Source of the DNA: Pseudomonadota bacterium
GTDB taxonomy: Bacteria; Pseudomonadota; Gammaproteobacteria; Ga0077536
Length of the DNA stretch: 44,709 nt
Assembly: GCA_029977665.1 (NCBI GenBank)
Contig: JAPOKK010000002.1
Span: 1 to 44,709 of the forward strand
Direction of reading: 5' to 3'
Under the pieces are notes generated by a model. It ran no database searches and was not told where the DNA came from. It saw nothing but the letters and a program-made list of their open reading frames with translations. A program made the translations under genes and the position numbers. Shown piece after piece: positions 19,651 through 30,893 of the stretch. Positions within the stretch are counted from its first letter, which is position 1. Each line of letters starts with the position of its first letter.

Positions 19651-20715
19651 GTGAGCGCGACTCTCAATCCCCGCCCCCGTATCGACGTGCCGCCTACCGT
19701 GCGCGAGACCCTCGCCCCGGACGAACGCGCGGCGCTGCGCGAACAATGCCGCGAGCTGCTGCGCGCCAATGACGCGGTGCTCGTCGCGCACTACTACACC
19801 GCGCCGGAAATCCAGGAACTGGCCGACGATACCGGCGGTTACGTGTCCGATTCGCTCGACATGGCGCGCTTCGGCCACGAACACCCGGCCGCGACGCTGG
19901 TCGTCGCCGGCGTGCGCTTCATGGGCGAGACGGCCAAGATCCTCAATCCCGAGAAGCGCGTGCTGATGCCGGACCTCGCCGCCGAGTGCTCGCTCGACCT
20001 CGGCTGCCCGCCGGACGAGTTCAGCGCCTTCTGCGACGCCCACCCCGATCGCACCGTGGTGGTCTACGCCAACACCAGCGCCGCGGTGAAAGCCCGTGCC
20101 GACTGGATGGTGACCTCGGGCAGCGCGCTCGACGTGGTGCGCCATCTCGACGCCCGCGGCGAGAAGATCCTGTGGGCCCCCGACCGCTACCTCGGCGAAT
20201 ACGTGCAGACCGCGACCGGCGCCGACATGCTGCTGTGGAACGGCGCGTGCGTGGTGCACGAGGAGTTCAAGGGCGAAGAACTCGCCGAGCTCAAGCGTGC
20301 CCACCCGGAGGCGCGCGTACTGGTGCATCCGGAATCGCCGGCGCCGGTGGTTGCGCTGGCCGACTACGTCGGCTCGACCTCGGGCCTGATCAACGAAGTC
20401 CGTAGCGCGCCCAACGACACCTTCATCGTCGCCACCGACAGCGGCATCTTCCACAAGATGCGCGAAGCCGCGCCCGGCAAGACACTGATCGAGGCGCCGA
20501 CCGCGGGCCGCAGCGCGACCTGCCGCAGCTGCGCGGCCTGCCCCTGGATGGCGATGAACGGCCTGCGCAAGCTGCGCGAAGCCTTGCTCGTCGGCGAGCG
20601 CCACGAGATCCGCGTGCCGGCCGACATCGCCGAGCGCGCGCGCCGGCCCATCGCCCGCCTGCTCGAGTTCGCTGCCGCGCGCAAACAGGAAATCTACGGC
20701 AACAACGACGCCTGA
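19651..20715 (+). CDS. nadA: Quinolinate synthase NadA
   Basis: GTG start, preceded by GAGGTGA 6 nt upstream. The product contains [58 protein letters not shown] and [16 protein letters not shown]. Confidence 0.95.
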   Translation: MSATLNPRPRIDVPPTVRETLAPDERAALREQCRELLRANDAVLVAHYYTAPEIQELADDTGGYVSDSLDMARFGHEHPAATLVVAGVRFMGETAKILNPEKRVLMPDLAAECSLDLGCPPDEFSAFCDAHPDRTVVVYANTSAAVKARADWMVTSGSALDVVRHLDARGEKILWAPDRYLGEYVQTATGADMLLWNGACVVHEEFKGEELAELKRAHPEARVLVHPESPAPVVALADYVGSTSGLINEVRSAPNDTFIVATDSGIFHKMREAAPGKTLIEAPTAGRSATCRSCAACPWMAMNGLRKLREALLVGERHEIRVPADIAERARRPIARLLEFAAARKQEIYGNNDA

Positions 20716-20853
20716 GGCAGCGGGCGCGCATCCGGGGCGTATCCCGGGCGCATCCGGCCCCCCCGCGGCGCGTTCGGCACGCTGCAACACGGCGCGCGAT
20801 TTGCGACAATCGCGCCCCGGTATCCACCCGCCGGAGGCAGCGCGAAATCGATC

Positions 20854-21603
20854 ATGGCCGGACACAGTAAATGGGCCAACATCCGCCATCGCAAGAATCG
20901 TCAGGACGCCAAGCGAGGCAAGCTCTTCACCCGACTCATCCGTGAGATCACGGTCGCCGCGCGCATGGGCGGGGGCGATGCGTCGGCCAACCCGCGCCTG
21001 CGCGCGGGCGTCGATGCCGCGCTCGCGGCCAACATGCCCAAGGACACCATCGAGCGGGCCATCGCGCGCGGCGCCGGTGCCAACGATTCGGACAACTACG
21101 ACGAGATCCGCTACGAGGGCTACGGCGCCGGCGGCACCGCGGTGATGGTCGACTGCATGACCGACAACCGCAATCGCACCGTGGCCGAGGTGCGCCACGC
21201 GTTCTCCAAGTGCGGCGGCAATCTCGGCACCGACGGCTCGGTGGCCTACCTGTTCAACAAGGTCGGCCTGCTCGCCTACGACGCCGGCGTCGACGAAGAC
21301 GCGCTGATGGAAGCCGCGCTCGAAGCCGGCGCCGAGGACGTCATCGTGGGCGAAGACGGCTCCATCGAGGTGCTCACGAACGCCGACGAGTTCTCCGACG
21401 TCCGCGAACAGATGATCGCCGCCGGCTTCACGCCCGAGAACGCCGAGGTGACGATGCGCGCGGACACCAGCACCGAACTCGCCGAGGAGGACGCGCAGAA
21501 AATGATGCGCCTGCTCGACATGCTCGAGGATCTCGACGACGTGCAGAAGGTCTACTCGAACGCCAGCATCTCCGACGAGATCCTGGCCGGGCTCGGCAGT
21601 TGA
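20854..21603 (+). CDS. yebC: YebC/PmpR-family DNA-binding transcriptional regulator
   Basis: The product begins [32 protein letters not shown] and is 249 aa. It lies immediately upstream of ruvC, as is typical. Confidence 0.93.
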   Translation: MAGHSKWANIRHRKNRQDAKRGKLFTRLIREITVAARMGGGDASANPRLRAGVDAALAANMPKDTIERAIARGAGANDSDNYDEIRYEGYGAGGTAVMVDCMTDNRNRTVAEVRHAFSKCGGNLGTDGSVAYLFNKVGLLAYDAGVDEDALMEAALEAGAEDVIVGEDGSIEVLTNADEFSDVREQMIAAGFTPENAEVTMRADTSTELAEEDAQKMMRLLDMLEDLDDVQKVYSNASISDEILAGLGS

Positions 21604-21652
21604 CGCCCCGGCCCGGGCCCATGCCGGCCCGCGCGGCGCGGGCGCGACGTCG

Positions 21653-22156
21653 ATGATCGTGATCCTCGGCATCGACCCGGGTTCTCGCGTGATGGGATAC
21701 GGCGTGGTCGGCGTCGAGCGCCACCGCGTCAGTCATCTTGCCAACGGCTGCATCCGTCTCGGCGATGGCGCGATCGCCGATCGGCTCGTCACGATCTTCG
21801 ATACGCTCTCGGCTATCATCACCGAGCATCGCCCAGACGAAGCGGCGATCGAGAAGGTATTCATGCAACGCAACGCCGATTCCGCCTTGAAGCTCGGCCA
21901 TGCCCGCGGCGTCGCCATGCTCGCGGCGAGCAAGGCCGGACTCGGCGTCACCGAGTACAGCGCAACCCGCATCAAGCAGGCGGTGGTCGGACGCGGACAC
22001 GCCGCCAAGGGCCAGGTACAACACATGGTGCGGGCCCTGCTCGACCTCGAGCAAGCGCCGCAGGCGGACGCCGCGGATGCCCTCGCCACGGCCATCTGCC
22101 ACGCTCATATGCGCGAGGGCCTCGCCCAGCTCGCGATCGCCGGAGGCCGCTCGTGA
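21653..22156 (+). CDS. ruvC: Crossover junction endodeoxyribonuclease RuvC
   Basis: The product begins MIVILGIDPGSRVMGYGVV and contains AAIEKVF and ADAADALATAICHA. It is 167 aa. Confidence 0.93.
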   Translation: MIVILGIDPGSRVMGYGVVGVERHRVSHLANGCIRLGDGAIADRLVTIFDTLSAIITEHRPDEAAIEKVFMQRNADSALKLGHARGVAMLAASKAGLGVTEYSATRIKQAVVGRGHAAKGQVQHMVRALLDLEQAPQADAADALATAICHAHMREGLAQLAIAGGRS

Positions 22157-22758
22157 TCGGACGCATCAGCGGCACCCTGATCGAAAAGAAGCCGCCCCTG
22201 CTGGTGATCGACTGCCACGGCGTCGGCTACGAGATCGAAGCGCCGATGACGACCATCTGGGCCTTGCCCGAGATCGACCACCCGGTCGCGCTCTACACCC
22301 ACCTCGCGGTGCGCGACGACGCCCACCTGCTGTACGGTTTCGCCAGCGAATCCGAGCGCGCCCTGTTCCGTGCCCTGCTCAAGGTCAACGGCGTCGGCAC
22401 CAAGATGGCGCTGGTGATCCTCTCCGGCATGACCGCCGACGAGTTCGCCGCCTGCGTACACGCCAATGACACCGCGCGGCTGACCGCCTTGCCGGGCGTC
22501 GGCAAAAAGACCGCCGAACGCCTGGTCGTAGAGCTGCGTGACCGGGTCGATCATTTCGCCGGCGTGGCGCCGCCGGCCGGGCAGCCCGCCGCGCCCGGCA
22601 CCGTGCCCGGCGACGCCGCGGCCGACGCGGTCAGCGGCCTCATCGCGCTCGGCTACAAGCCGCAGGACGCGAGCCGCTACGTGCATGCGCTCGACTGCGA
22701 CGGCATGACCAGCGAGGCGATCATCCGCGAGGTTCTCAAGAGCCTGTTGCCGCGCTGA
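22153..22758 (+). CDS. ruvA: Holliday junction branch migration complex subunit RuvA
   Basis: The product begins [28 protein letters not shown] and contains [16 protein letters not shown] and [19 protein letters not shown]. It overlaps ruvC by 4 nt. Confidence 0.93.
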   Translation: MIGRISGTLIEKKPPLLVIDCHGVGYEIEAPMTTIWALPEIDHPVALYTHLAVRDDAHLLYGFASESERALFRALLKVNGVGTKMALVILSGMTADEFAACVHANDTARLTALPGVGKKTAERLVVELRDRVDHFAGVAPPAGQPAAPGTVPGDAAADAVSGLIALGYKPQDASRYVHALDCDGMTSEAIIREVLKSLLPR

Positions 22759-22780
22759 GCGGCAGCACACCCTTACCGTC

Positions 22781-23824
22781 ATGAGTGATCCGGACCGCGT
22801 CATCTCCGCCCAGGCTTCGCGCGACGACGAACTTGCCGACAACACCATCCGACCGCGCCTGCTGGCCGATTACATCGGGCAGCCGCAGGTCGCCGAGCAA
22901 ATGGAAATCTTCATCGGCGCGGCGCGCAAGCGTGGCGATGCGCTCGATCACGTGCTGATCTTCGGCCCGCCCGGACTCGGCAAGACGACGCTCGCGCACA
23001 TCATCGCCAACGAGATGGGGGTCAGCCTGCGGCAGACCTCGGGCCCGGTACTCGAGCGCCCGGGCGACCTCGCCGCGCTGCTCACCAACCTCGAACCGCA
23101 CGACGTGCTGTTCATCGACGAGATCCATCGCCTGAGTCCGGTCGTGGAGGAAATCCTCTACCCCGCGATGGAGGACTACCAGCTCGACATCATGATCGGC
23201 GAAGGCCCCGCGGCGCGCGCGATCAAGCTCGACCTGCCGCGCTTCACGCTCGTCGGCGCAACCACCCGCGCCGGCCTGCTGACCTCACCGCTGCGCGACC
23301 GCTTCGGCATCACCCAGCGCCTCGAGTTCTACTCCATCGATGATCTCGCGCACATCGTGCGCCGCGCCGCCGGCATCCTCGGCGTCACCATCGACGCCGG
23401 CGGCGCGCGCGAGCTGGCGCGCCGCTCGCGCGGTACGCCACGCATCGCCAACCGCCTGCTGCGACGGGCGCGCGACTTTGCCGAGATCAAGGCTGACGGT
23501 GTACTCGACGAGGCGGTCACCGCGCGGGCGCTCGACCTGCTCAACGTCGACCAGCACGGCTTCGACGTGATGGACCGCAAGCTGTTGCTCGCGGTGATGC
23601 AGAAGTTCGACGGCGGACCGGTCGGCATCGACAGCCTCGCCGCCGCCATCGGCGAGGAGCGCGGAACCATCGAGGACGTGCTCGAACCCTACCTCATCCA
23701 GCAGGGCTTCCTCATGCGCACCCCGCGCGGGCGCATGGCGACGCGCTCGGCCTGGCTGCATTTCGGCCTCGAGGCGCCGGCCGCAAGCCGTCCCGCGCCC
23801 GACCTGTTCGCGGAGGGCGACTGA
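22781..23824 (+). CDS. ruvB: Holliday junction branch migration DNA helicase RuvB
   Basis: The product carries the Walker A motif [22 protein letters not shown] and [18 protein letters not shown]. It is 347 aa. Confidence 0.97.
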   Translation: MSDPDRVISAQASRDDELADNTIRPRLLADYIGQPQVAEQMEIFIGAARKRGDALDHVLIFGPPGLGKTTLAHIIANEMGVSLRQTSGPVLERPGDLAALLTNLEPHDVLFIDEIHRLSPVVEEILYPAMEDYQLDIMIGEGPAARAIKLDLPRFTLVGATTRAGLLTSPLRDRFGITQRLEFYSIDDLAHIVRRAAGILGVTIDAGGARELARRSRGTPRIANRLLRRARDFAEIKADGVLDEAVTARALDLLNVDQHGFDVMDRKLLLAVMQKFDGGPVGIDSLAAAIGEERGTIEDVLEPYLIQQGFLMRTPRGRMATRSAWLHFGLEAPAASRPAPDLFAEGD

Positions 23825-23993
23825 ACGTCCGTGGAACGCGCAGCACGCCTGGCGGACGGCATGGCCACCGCCGCGGACGCACGCCGCACCGCGGGCGGCC
23901 CGGCCTGCTCATGGCCGTGCCCGTGCGGGTGTCACGGGCGCCGCGAACGGTCACGCGCGGACGGCCGCGTGCCGCGGCGCGGCTGATACCGCG

Positions 23994-24396
23994 ATGGCGA
24001 TGCAATCGTTCACCTGGCCGGTACGCGTCTACTTCGAGGACACCGACGCGGCGGGCATCGTCTACCACGCCAACTACCTGCGCTTCATGGAGCGCGCGCG
24101 CACCGAGTGGCTGCGCGCGCTCGGTTTCGAACAGGACGAGGTGCGCCGGCGCGACGGCGTGGTATTCGTGATCACGCATTCCGACGTCACCTACCACGCG
24201 CCGGCACGCTTCAATCAGGAACTCCTCGTCACCAGCGTGCTCGAACGCCTGCGGCGCGCCAGCCTGACTTTCACGCAACGCATCGCCGACCGCGACGGCC
24301 GCACCATCGCCAGCGCGCTCAACGCGATTGCCTGCGTCGATGCCGAGACGATGACACCGCGCCGGATTCCGGCGCCCATGCTGGGAGCTTTCGAAC

Positions 24397-24407
<11 letters not shown>
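23994..24407 (+). CDS. ybgC: Tol-Pal system-associated acyl-CoA thioesterase YbgC
   Basis: The product has a hotdog-fold N-terminus, VRVYFEDTDAAGIVYHANYLRFMERARTEWLR. It is 137 aa and lies immediately upstream of tolQ. Confidence 0.88.
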
Positions 24408-25071
<664 letters not shown>

Positions 25072-25080
25072 GCCGCGCCC

Positions 25081-25515
25081 ATGGGAGCCCCGGTCAATTC
25101 CCGCCACGGCCGCCGTCGCATGATGGCCGAGATCAACGTCGTGCCCTACATCGACGTCATGCTGGTACTGCTGATCATCTTCATGGTCACCGCGCCGCTG
25201 ATCACCCAGGGCGTGCGCATCGAGCTGCCGCAAGCGCCGTCGGAAGTACTGCCGCCCAGCGACCAGGAGCCGGTCGTGGTCACGGTCGCCGCCGACGGCC
25301 GGGTCTTCGTCGACATCGGCGAGAACCCCGAGCAGGCGATCGACGACGAAGCGCTCATGACGCGCATCGCCGCGGTGATGCAGTTCAAGCCGCAGACCGA
25401 GGTGCTGGTGGAAGGCGATCGCAACGTCGACTACGGTCGCGTCGTGCAGGTGATGACGCTGCTCAAGAACGCCGGCGTGGACGGTGTCGGTCTCATCACG
25501 GAGCCGCCCGAGTAA
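25081..25515 (+). CDS. tolR: Tol-Pal system protein TolR
   Basis: The product contains MMAEINVVPYIDVMLVLLIIFMVTAPL. It is 144 aa. Confidence 0.92.
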   Translation: MGAPVNSRHGRRRMMAEINVVPYIDVMLVLLIIFMVTAPLITQGVRIELPQAPSEVLPPSDQEPVVVTVAADGRVFVDIGENPEQAIDDEALMTRIAAVMQFKPQTEVLVEGDRNVDYGRVVQVMTLLKNAGVDGVGLITEPPE

Positions 25516-25531
25516 GCGCGAGCGCCCACCG

Positions 25532-26479
25532 ATGCCGTCCAAACGCGCCCTGCTGCTGTCGCTGCTACTGCACGCGGTAATCGTCGTGCTGCTCACCGTG
25601 AGCCTCGATTTCGCGCCCGACAAGCTGGTCAAGCCGGCCATCGAGCGCGAGATCGTGGAGGCAACCGTCGTCGACAAGCGCGCCCTGCGCGCAGAGGCCG
25701 AGCGCCTCGAGGCCGCCGAAGCCGCGCGGCGCGCCGCCGAACAGGCGCGAACAAAGGAACTCGAAGCCGAGCGCGAACGTCTCAAGCAGGAAAAGGAGGC
25801 GGCCGCGGCAGCCAAGGCGGCCGCCGAGCGGGCAGCAGAGACGGCACGCCGGGAGGCCGAGCGCGCCGAGCAGCAAGCGGCGGCAGCGAAGCGCAAGGCC
25901 GCGGAGGCCAAGCGCGAGGCGGAACAAGAGGCGAAACGCCAGGCCGAGGCAGAAGCCCGCCGCAAAGCCGAGGAGGCGAAACGCCAGGCCGAAGAGGCAG
26001 CCAAACGCAAGGCGGAGGAAGCAGCACGGCGCAAAGCCGAAGAAGAAGCGAAAGCCAAGGCCGAGGAAGAGGCCCGCCGCAAGGCCGAAGAGGAAGCGAA
26101 ACGTCAGGCTGCCGAGGCCGCCGAGCGCAAGCGCCTCGAAGAGGCGCTGCAGGCGGAACTCGCGGCCGAAGAGGCGGCGGCACGCGCCGCGGCCGAGGCT
26201 AGTGAAATCCAACGTTATGCCGCGCTCATCACGCGGCGCATCGAGCAGTCGTTCACGATCCTGCCGGGCCTCGAAGGCTTGAGTTGCACGATGCGCATCA
26301 CGCTGATGCCAAATGGTGACGTAGCGGGGGTCCAGGTGGTCAAATCCAGCGGCAACGCAACTTTCGACCGGCAGGCAGAAAACGCCGTGCGCAAGGCGGC
26401 CCCCCTGCCGGTGCCGTCGGAACCGGCGCTGTTTCAAAAGATGAGGAGCATTCAGCTTGTTTTCGATCCGCAGTCGTGA
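25532..26479 (+). CDS. tolA: Tol-Pal system protein TolA
   Basis: This is the tail of ORF 25484..26479. From the ATG at 25532 it starts with the membrane anchor MPSKRALLLSLLLHAVIVVLL. A long Ala/Glu/Lys/Arg helical repeat domain follows, then a C-terminal globular domain (FDRQAENAVRKAAPLP). Confidence 0.85.
   Translation: MPSKRALLLSLLLHAVIVVLLTVSLDFAPDKLVKPAIEREIVEATVVDKRALRAEAERLEAAEAARRAAEQARTKELEAERERLKQEKEAAAAAKAAAERAAETARREAERAEQQAAAAKRKAAEAKREAEQEAKRQAEAEARRKAEEAKRQAEEAAKRKAEEAARRKAEEEAKAKAEEEARRKAEEEAKRQAAEAAERKRLEEALQAELAAEEAAARAAAEASEIQRYAALITRRIEQSFTILPGLEGLSCTMRITLMPNGDVAGVQVVKSSGNATFDRQAENAVRKAAPLPVPSEPALFQKMRSIQLVFDPQS
25680..26205 (+). repeat. In-frame imperfect Ala/Glu/Lys/Arg-rich repeats inside tolA
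   Basis: DNA units recur, for example GAGGCGAAACGCCAGGCCGA twice and GCCCGCCGCAA(A/G)GCCGA(G/A)GAG twice. They encode (E/A)AKRQAEE and ARRKAEE-type repeats. Confidence 0.6.
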
Positions 26480-27788
26480 AATTGCCCGGCGCGTCGTCCG
26501 TGCGGCGCTCGCCCTCGTCCTGTCCGCGGCAGCGACCGCAGGCGCCGCCGAGGAGCTGACCATCCGCATCGAGGAAGGCGTGGCATCCGCGCTGCCCATC
26601 GCGGTCGTGCCTTTCGCCACCGTCGGCGACGCCGAGACGCCGCTCGACATCGCCGCGATCGTACGCGCGGACCTCGCCCGCTCCGGTCAGTTCGCGACCA
26701 TGCCGCCGGAGGGCATGCCGTCGCAGCCGGCCACGTTCAGTGCGATCAATTTCAAGGACTGGCGCGTGCTCGGCATGGAGAACCTCGTCATCGGCAAGCT
26801 GCTGCGCGCACCCGAAGGCGGCTACGTGGTCGAGTTCCGCGTCGTCGATGTCTACAAGGGCAAGCAGCTGATGGGCTACCGCGTGCCGACCACGGCGGCG
26901 AACCTGCGCCTGACCGCGCACCACGTCAGCGATCTCGTCTACGAACGCCTGCTCGGCGAACGCGGCGCGTTCTCCACGCGCATCGCCTACATCACGGTGG
27001 AAAAGAAGGCGCCGGGTACGTCACTGTACCGGCTGCAGATCGCCGATGCCGACGGTTACGATCCGCACACGATACTCGAGTCGACGCAGCCGCTGATGTC
27101 GCCGACCTGGGCACCCGATGGCAGCCGCCTCGCCTACGTCTCGTTCGAGGATCGCAACTCGGCCATCTGGCTGCAGGACCTGCGCACCGGCGAGCGCAAG
27201 AAGATCATCGCCGGCGAGGGCATCAACAGCGCGCCCGCCTTCGCCCCGGACGGCCAGCGCCTCGCCGTCACGCTCTCGCGCGACGGTAATCCGGAGATCT
27301 ACCTCTACCACCTCGGCAACGGCAACCTGCGCCGCCTGACCAACCACCCGGCGATCGACACCGAGGCGAACTGGGCGCCGGACGGCCGCAGCATCGTGTT
27401 CACGTCCGATCGCGGCGGCGGTCCGCAGATCTATCGCGTCGACGTCGACGGCGGCAAGGCCGAGCGGGTGACGTTCAACATGGGCAATTACAACGCCCGC
27501 GCGCGCCACTCGCCCGACGGGCGGCGACTGGCCGTCGTGCACGGCGACAAGGGCGGCTATCACATCGCCGTGGTCGACCTTGCGAGCAACGATTTCCAAG
27601 TGCTGACCAACGCCCGACTCGACGAATCGCCGAGCTTCGCACCCAACGGCAGTATGATAATTTATGCGACAATGGGGCCCGGCGGGACCGAGCTCGCGGC
27701 GACCTCCACCGATGGTCGTCTCAAGCAGCGTCTCGCCACGCAGCGCGGCGAAGTCCGCGAACCCGCCTGGGGCCCGTTCCGGGACTGA
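26457..27788 (+). CDS. tolB: Tol-Pal system beta-propeller protein TolB
   Basis: TTG start, with AGGAG 8 nt upstream. The signal peptide is followed by repeated SP.WSPDG-type blades: PTWAPDGSRLAYVS, PAFAPDGQRLAV, ANWAPDGRSIVFTSDRGG, ARHSPDGRRLA and PSFAPNGSMI. Confidence 0.93.
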   Translation: MFSIRSREIARRVVRAALALVLSAAATAGAAEELTIRIEEGVASALPIAVVPFATVGDAETPLDIAAIVRADLARSGQFATMPPEGMPSQPATFSAINFKDWRVLGMENLVIGKLLRAPEGGYVVEFRVVDVYKGKQLMGYRVPTTAANLRLTAHHVSDLVYERLLGERGAFSTRIAYITVEKKAPGTSLYRLQIADADGYDPHTILESTQPLMSPTWAPDGSRLAYVSFEDRNSAIWLQDLRTGERKKIIAGEGINSAPAFAPDGQRLAVTLSRDGNPEIYLYHLGNGNLRRLTNHPAIDTEANWAPDGRSIVFTSDRGGGPQIYRVDVDGGKAERVTFNMGNYNARARHSPDGRRLAVVHGDKGGYHIAVVDLASNDFQVLTNARLDESPSFAPNGSMIIYATMGPGGTELAATSTDGRLKQRLATQRGEVREPAWGPFRD

Positions 27789-27879
27789 ACCACCACGACG
27801 AGCGACGGCCGGCCGTGGTCACGACGCATCACCGACTCGATTTCCTGACGACACTACTACCTCTGTGAAGGAGATGGAC

Positions 27880-28431
27880 ATGAAAGGGGCTGGCCAGAAA
27901 CTCTTGGTTGTTCTGTTGGCCGCATTGCTCGTGACCGGTTGCAGCTCGCGCTCGACCCGCAGCGACGACGCGCAGGGGCGCGCGACGGTCGAAGATCGCA
28001 GCATGGGCCAGACCGGCTCCGATGCCGACAGCGGCGCACAGAGCAGCGCCCTGCCCGGCGGCACCGACCTGTCGGCATCAGCGCTGAACGATCCGGCCAG
28101 CCCGCTGGCGGTCCGCATCATCTACTTCGACTACGACAGCGCCAACATCCGCAGCGACTCCAGCGACACGCTGGCCGCCCACGCCGCCTTCCTGGCCGCG
28201 AACCCGACGCTCAGCGTGACGCTGGAAGGTCATGCCGACGAACGCGGCTCGCGCGAATACAACCTTGCGCTCGGCGAGCGCCGCGCGCTGGCGGTGCGCC
28301 GCCAACTGGTCCTGCTCGGCGCATCCGCCGGCCAGGTTCGCAGCGTCAGCTACGGCGAAGAGCGTCCCGCAGTCGACGGCCACGACGACGAGTCCTACTC
28401 GCTCAACCGCCGCGTGGAGCTGGTCTATTGA
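27880..28431 (+). CDS. pal: Peptidoglycan-associated lipoprotein Pal
   Basis: This is the tail of ORF 27664..28431. GAAGGAG lies 6 nt upstream of the ATG at 27880. The product begins MKGAGQKLLVVLLAALLVTGC (lipobox). Its OmpA-like domain reads IYFDYDSANIR..LEGHADERGSREYNLALGERRA..NRRVELVY. Confidence 0.92.
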   Translation: MKGAGQKLLVVLLAALLVTGCSSRSTRSDDAQGRATVEDRSMGQTGSDADSGAQSSALPGGTDLSASALNDPASPLAVRIIYFDYDSANIRSDSSDTLAAHAAFLAANPTLSVTLEGHADERGSREYNLALGERRALAVRRQLVLLGASAGQVRSVSYGEERPAVDGHDDESYSLNRRVELVY

Positions 28432-29450
28432 TGGCCCGCGCGCGACGTCTGCCGCGCGGCGCCGCGGCGCTGATCGGCGCCGCCATCATGTGCGGTGCCG
28501 GCGCGCTGCCGGGTGGAAACACCTGGGCGCAGAGCGACACCACCGGGAACCGCCTCGATCGCATCGAGCAGCTGCTCGATAACAAGGGCCTGCTCGAGCT
28601 GGTGCGCCAGGTCGAGATGCTGCAGCAGGAAGTACGCCAGCTGCGCGGAGAACTGGAGAACCAGAACTTCGCGCTCGAGCAGCTGCGCAAGGGCCAGCGC
28701 GACGTCTACACCAATCTCGACCAACGCATCGTCGCACTCGAGCAGGCCGGCCCGGCCGAGCTGCCGGTCACCGGCATGACGGACGACACGGGCATGGCGA
28801 TCGCGACCGATCCGCCGTTGTCGACGCTCGCGGCGCCGGGCGATGTGGACGTCGCCGGCGCACCGGCGGAGCAGAGCATTGCCGTCGCGCCCGCCGCAGC
28901 ACTGCCCGGCATCGACGTCACCGACACCACGCCGCCCGCACGCCCGGCCCAGCCCGGGGACGACGCGAGCAGTGCCGTTGCGGTGCCCCCGGCCCAGGAT
29001 CTTGGCCAGGCTCCTAGCCAGGGTCCTGGCCAGGGTGCCAGCCCGGGAGCCAGCACCGACAACGCCGCTTCGCAGGCGGCCTACAGCGCCGCGTTCGGCA
29101 TGCTCAAGGCGGGTCAGTACGAAGACTCCATCGCCGCCTTCAATGCCTACCTGCAGCAGTACCCGTACAGCCAGTACGCGGACAACGCGCAATACTGGCT
29201 CGGCGAAGCGTACTACGTGCTGCGCCAGTTCGAACCGGCCATCGAGCAATACCAGAAGCTCGTCGCCAACTACCCGGACAGCCAGAAACAGTCGCACGCG
29301 CTGCTCAAGATTGCCTACAGCTACTCCGAACTCGGTCTGCCCGAACAGGCGCTGCAGGTCCTCGGCACCTTGAAGACCCGCTTCCCCGGCTCGGCCGCGG
29401 CGCGCCTCGCCGACGAGCGCATCCAGCGCCTGCGCGCGCAGGCGCCCTGA
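28431..29450 (+). CDS. cpoB: Cell division coordinator CpoB (YbgF)
   Basis: This is the tail of ORF 27939..29450. The ATG at 28431 overlaps the pal stop by 1 nt. The signal peptide is followed by a coiled coil (LDRIEQLLDNKGLLELVRQVEMLQQEVRQLRGELE). A long Pro/Ala-rich linker comes next, then a C-terminal TPR module (YPYSQYADNAQYWLGEAYY..YPDSQKQSHALLKIAY). Confidence 0.85.
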   Translation: MARARRLPRGAAALIGAAIMCGAGALPGGNTWAQSDTTGNRLDRIEQLLDNKGLLELVRQVEMLQQEVRQLRGELENQNFALEQLRKGQRDVYTNLDQRIVALEQAGPAELPVTGMTDDTGMAIATDPPLSTLAAPGDVDVAGAPAEQSIAVAPAAALPGIDVTDTTPPARPAQPGDDASSAVAVPPAQDLGQAPSQGPGQGASPGASTDNAASQAAYSAAFGMLKAGQYEDSIAAFNAYLQQYPYSQYADNAQYWLGEAYYVLRQFEPAIEQYQKLVANYPDSQKQSHALLKIAYSYSELGLPEQALQVLGTLKTRFPGSAAARLADERIQRLRAQAP

Positions 29451-29456
29451 GCGGCG

Positions 29457-30146
29457 GTGAGCGGACACGCCGCGACCCGCGCGGCTCGTGACGGGCACGC
29501 GGAAACTGCCGGACACACCCTGCGGATCACCGAGATCTTCGTCTCGTTGCAGGGCGAATCTTCCAGCGTCGGCTGGCCGACGGTATTCGTGCGCACGACC
29601 GGCTGCCCGCTGCGCTGCACCTGGTGCGACACGGCCTACGCATTCAGCGGCGGACACGTGATGACGCTCGCCGACATCCTCGCCGAGGTCGCCGCTCACG
29701 GCGTGCGCCACGTCACCGTCACCGGCGGCGAGCCACTGGCGCAACCGGCGACGCCGCAGCTGCTCAGTGCGCTGTGCGACGCCGGCCATCGCGTCTCGCT
29801 CGAGACCAGCGGGGCCCTCGACGTCTCCGGGATCGATCCACGCGTGGTACGGGTGGTCGACATTAAGCCACCCGGCTCGGGCGAGTCGGCGCGCAACCTG
29901 TGGAGCAATCTCGACCACCTCGTCGCGGGTGACGAAATCAAGTTCGTCATCGCCGATCGTGAGGATTACGACTGGAGCGTGGCACAGCTCGGGCGTCTTC
30001 CGACCGGGGTCGACGTGTTGTTCTCACCCGTGCAGGGGACGCTGCCGGCGCGCCGGCTGGCCGACTGGATCGTCGCCGATCGCCTGCCCGTACGTTTTCA
30101 GCTGCAACTGCACAAGCTGCTGTGGGGCGACGAGCCGGGACGATGA
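29457..30146 (+). CDS. queE: 7-carboxy-7-deazaguanine synthase QueE (radical SAM)
   Basis: GTG start. The product contains [36 protein letters not shown] (a Cx3Cx2C cluster) and VTVTGGEPL. It is 229 aa. Confidence 0.9.
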   Translation: MSGHAATRAARDGHAETAGHTLRITEIFVSLQGESSSVGWPTVFVRTTGCPLRCTWCDTAYAFSGGHVMTLADILAEVAAHGVRHVTVTGGEPLAQPATPQLLSALCDAGHRVSLETSGALDVSGIDPRVVRVVDIKPPGSGESARNLWSNLDHLVAGDEIKFVIADREDYDWSVAQLGRLPTGVDVLFSPVQGTLPARRLADWIVADRLPVRFQLQLHKLLWGDEPGR

Positions 30147-30856
30147 GCGCTTCGACGACACCGTCGACCGGAGCGGCCGCGCCGCGCGCGGTGGTGCTGC
30201 TCTCCGGCGGCCTCGACTCGGCGACGGTGCTCGCCATGGCACGTGCGTCGGGACGGCAGTGCCATGCGCTCAGCGTCGATTACGGCCAGCGCCACCGCTG
30301 CGAACTCGAAGCCGCCGCGCGCGTCGCCACCCGGCTCGGCGCCTGCGAGCATCGCGTGATCACGCTCGACTACGGCCAGCTCGGCGGCTCGGCGCTGACC
30401 GACCCGGCCATCGCGGTGCCGGACACCCCGGGCACCGGTATTCCGGTCACCTACGTGCCCGCGCGCAACACCGTCATGCTCGCGCTCGCGCTCGGCTTCG
30501 CCGAAGTCGTCGAGGCCGACGAGATCCATATCGGCGTCAACGCGGTCGACTATTCGGGCTATCCCGATTGCCGGCCGGCGTTCGTCGCCGCGTTCGAGCG
30601 TCTCGCCGCACTCGCGACACGGGCCGGCGTGGAGGGCCACCCCGTGCGCATCGTCGCGCCGCTGATCGATCTCAGCAAAGCCGAGATCATCCGGCGCGGC
30701 AGTGCCCTCGGCGTCGACTACGGCGCCACGGTGAGCTGCTATGCGCCGGACGCCGCGGCGCGCGCCTGTGGCGTGTGCGATGCCTGCCGGCTGCGCCGCG
30801 ACGGCTTCGCCGCCGGCGGGATCGTCGATCCGACCGTCTACCAGGCGCGCGACTGA
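30143..30856 (+). CDS. queC: 7-cyano-7-deazaguanine synthase QueC
   Basis: The ATG at 30143 overlaps the queE stop (ATGA). The product contains [24 protein letters not shown] and [13 protein letters not shown] (zinc cysteines). Confidence 0.93.
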   Translation: MSASTTPSTGAAAPRAVVLLSGGLDSATVLAMARASGRQCHALSVDYGQRHRCELEAAARVATRLGACEHRVITLDYGQLGGSALTDPAIAVPDTPGTGIPVTYVPARNTVMLALALGFAEVVEADEIHIGVNAVDYSGYPDCRPAFVAAFERLAALATRAGVEGHPVRIVAPLIDLSKAEIIRRGSALGVDYGATVSCYAPDAAARACGVCDACRLRRDGFAAGGIVDPTVYQARD

Positions 30857-30893
30857 GGCACGCCGAATCGGTTCGGAGGGCGCGCGAGCGGGT

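Noticed and set aside
19180-21672. An 830-aa minus-strand ORF across aspS, nadA and yebC
   Set aside because: This is the same artefact. It overlaps three conserved plus-strand genes and has no family signature.
25680-26205. A repeat-rich stretch that could be mistaken for a tandem-repeat locus or CRISPR-like array
   Set aside because: The repeats are in frame within tolA, imperfect, and have no unique spacers. This is the normal TolA domain II composition.
29451-29456. A preQ1 riboswitch upstream of queE-queC
   Set aside because: Only 6 nt separate cpoB and queE, so there is no room for an aptamer. The que genes appear to be read through from the tol-pal-cpoB cluster.
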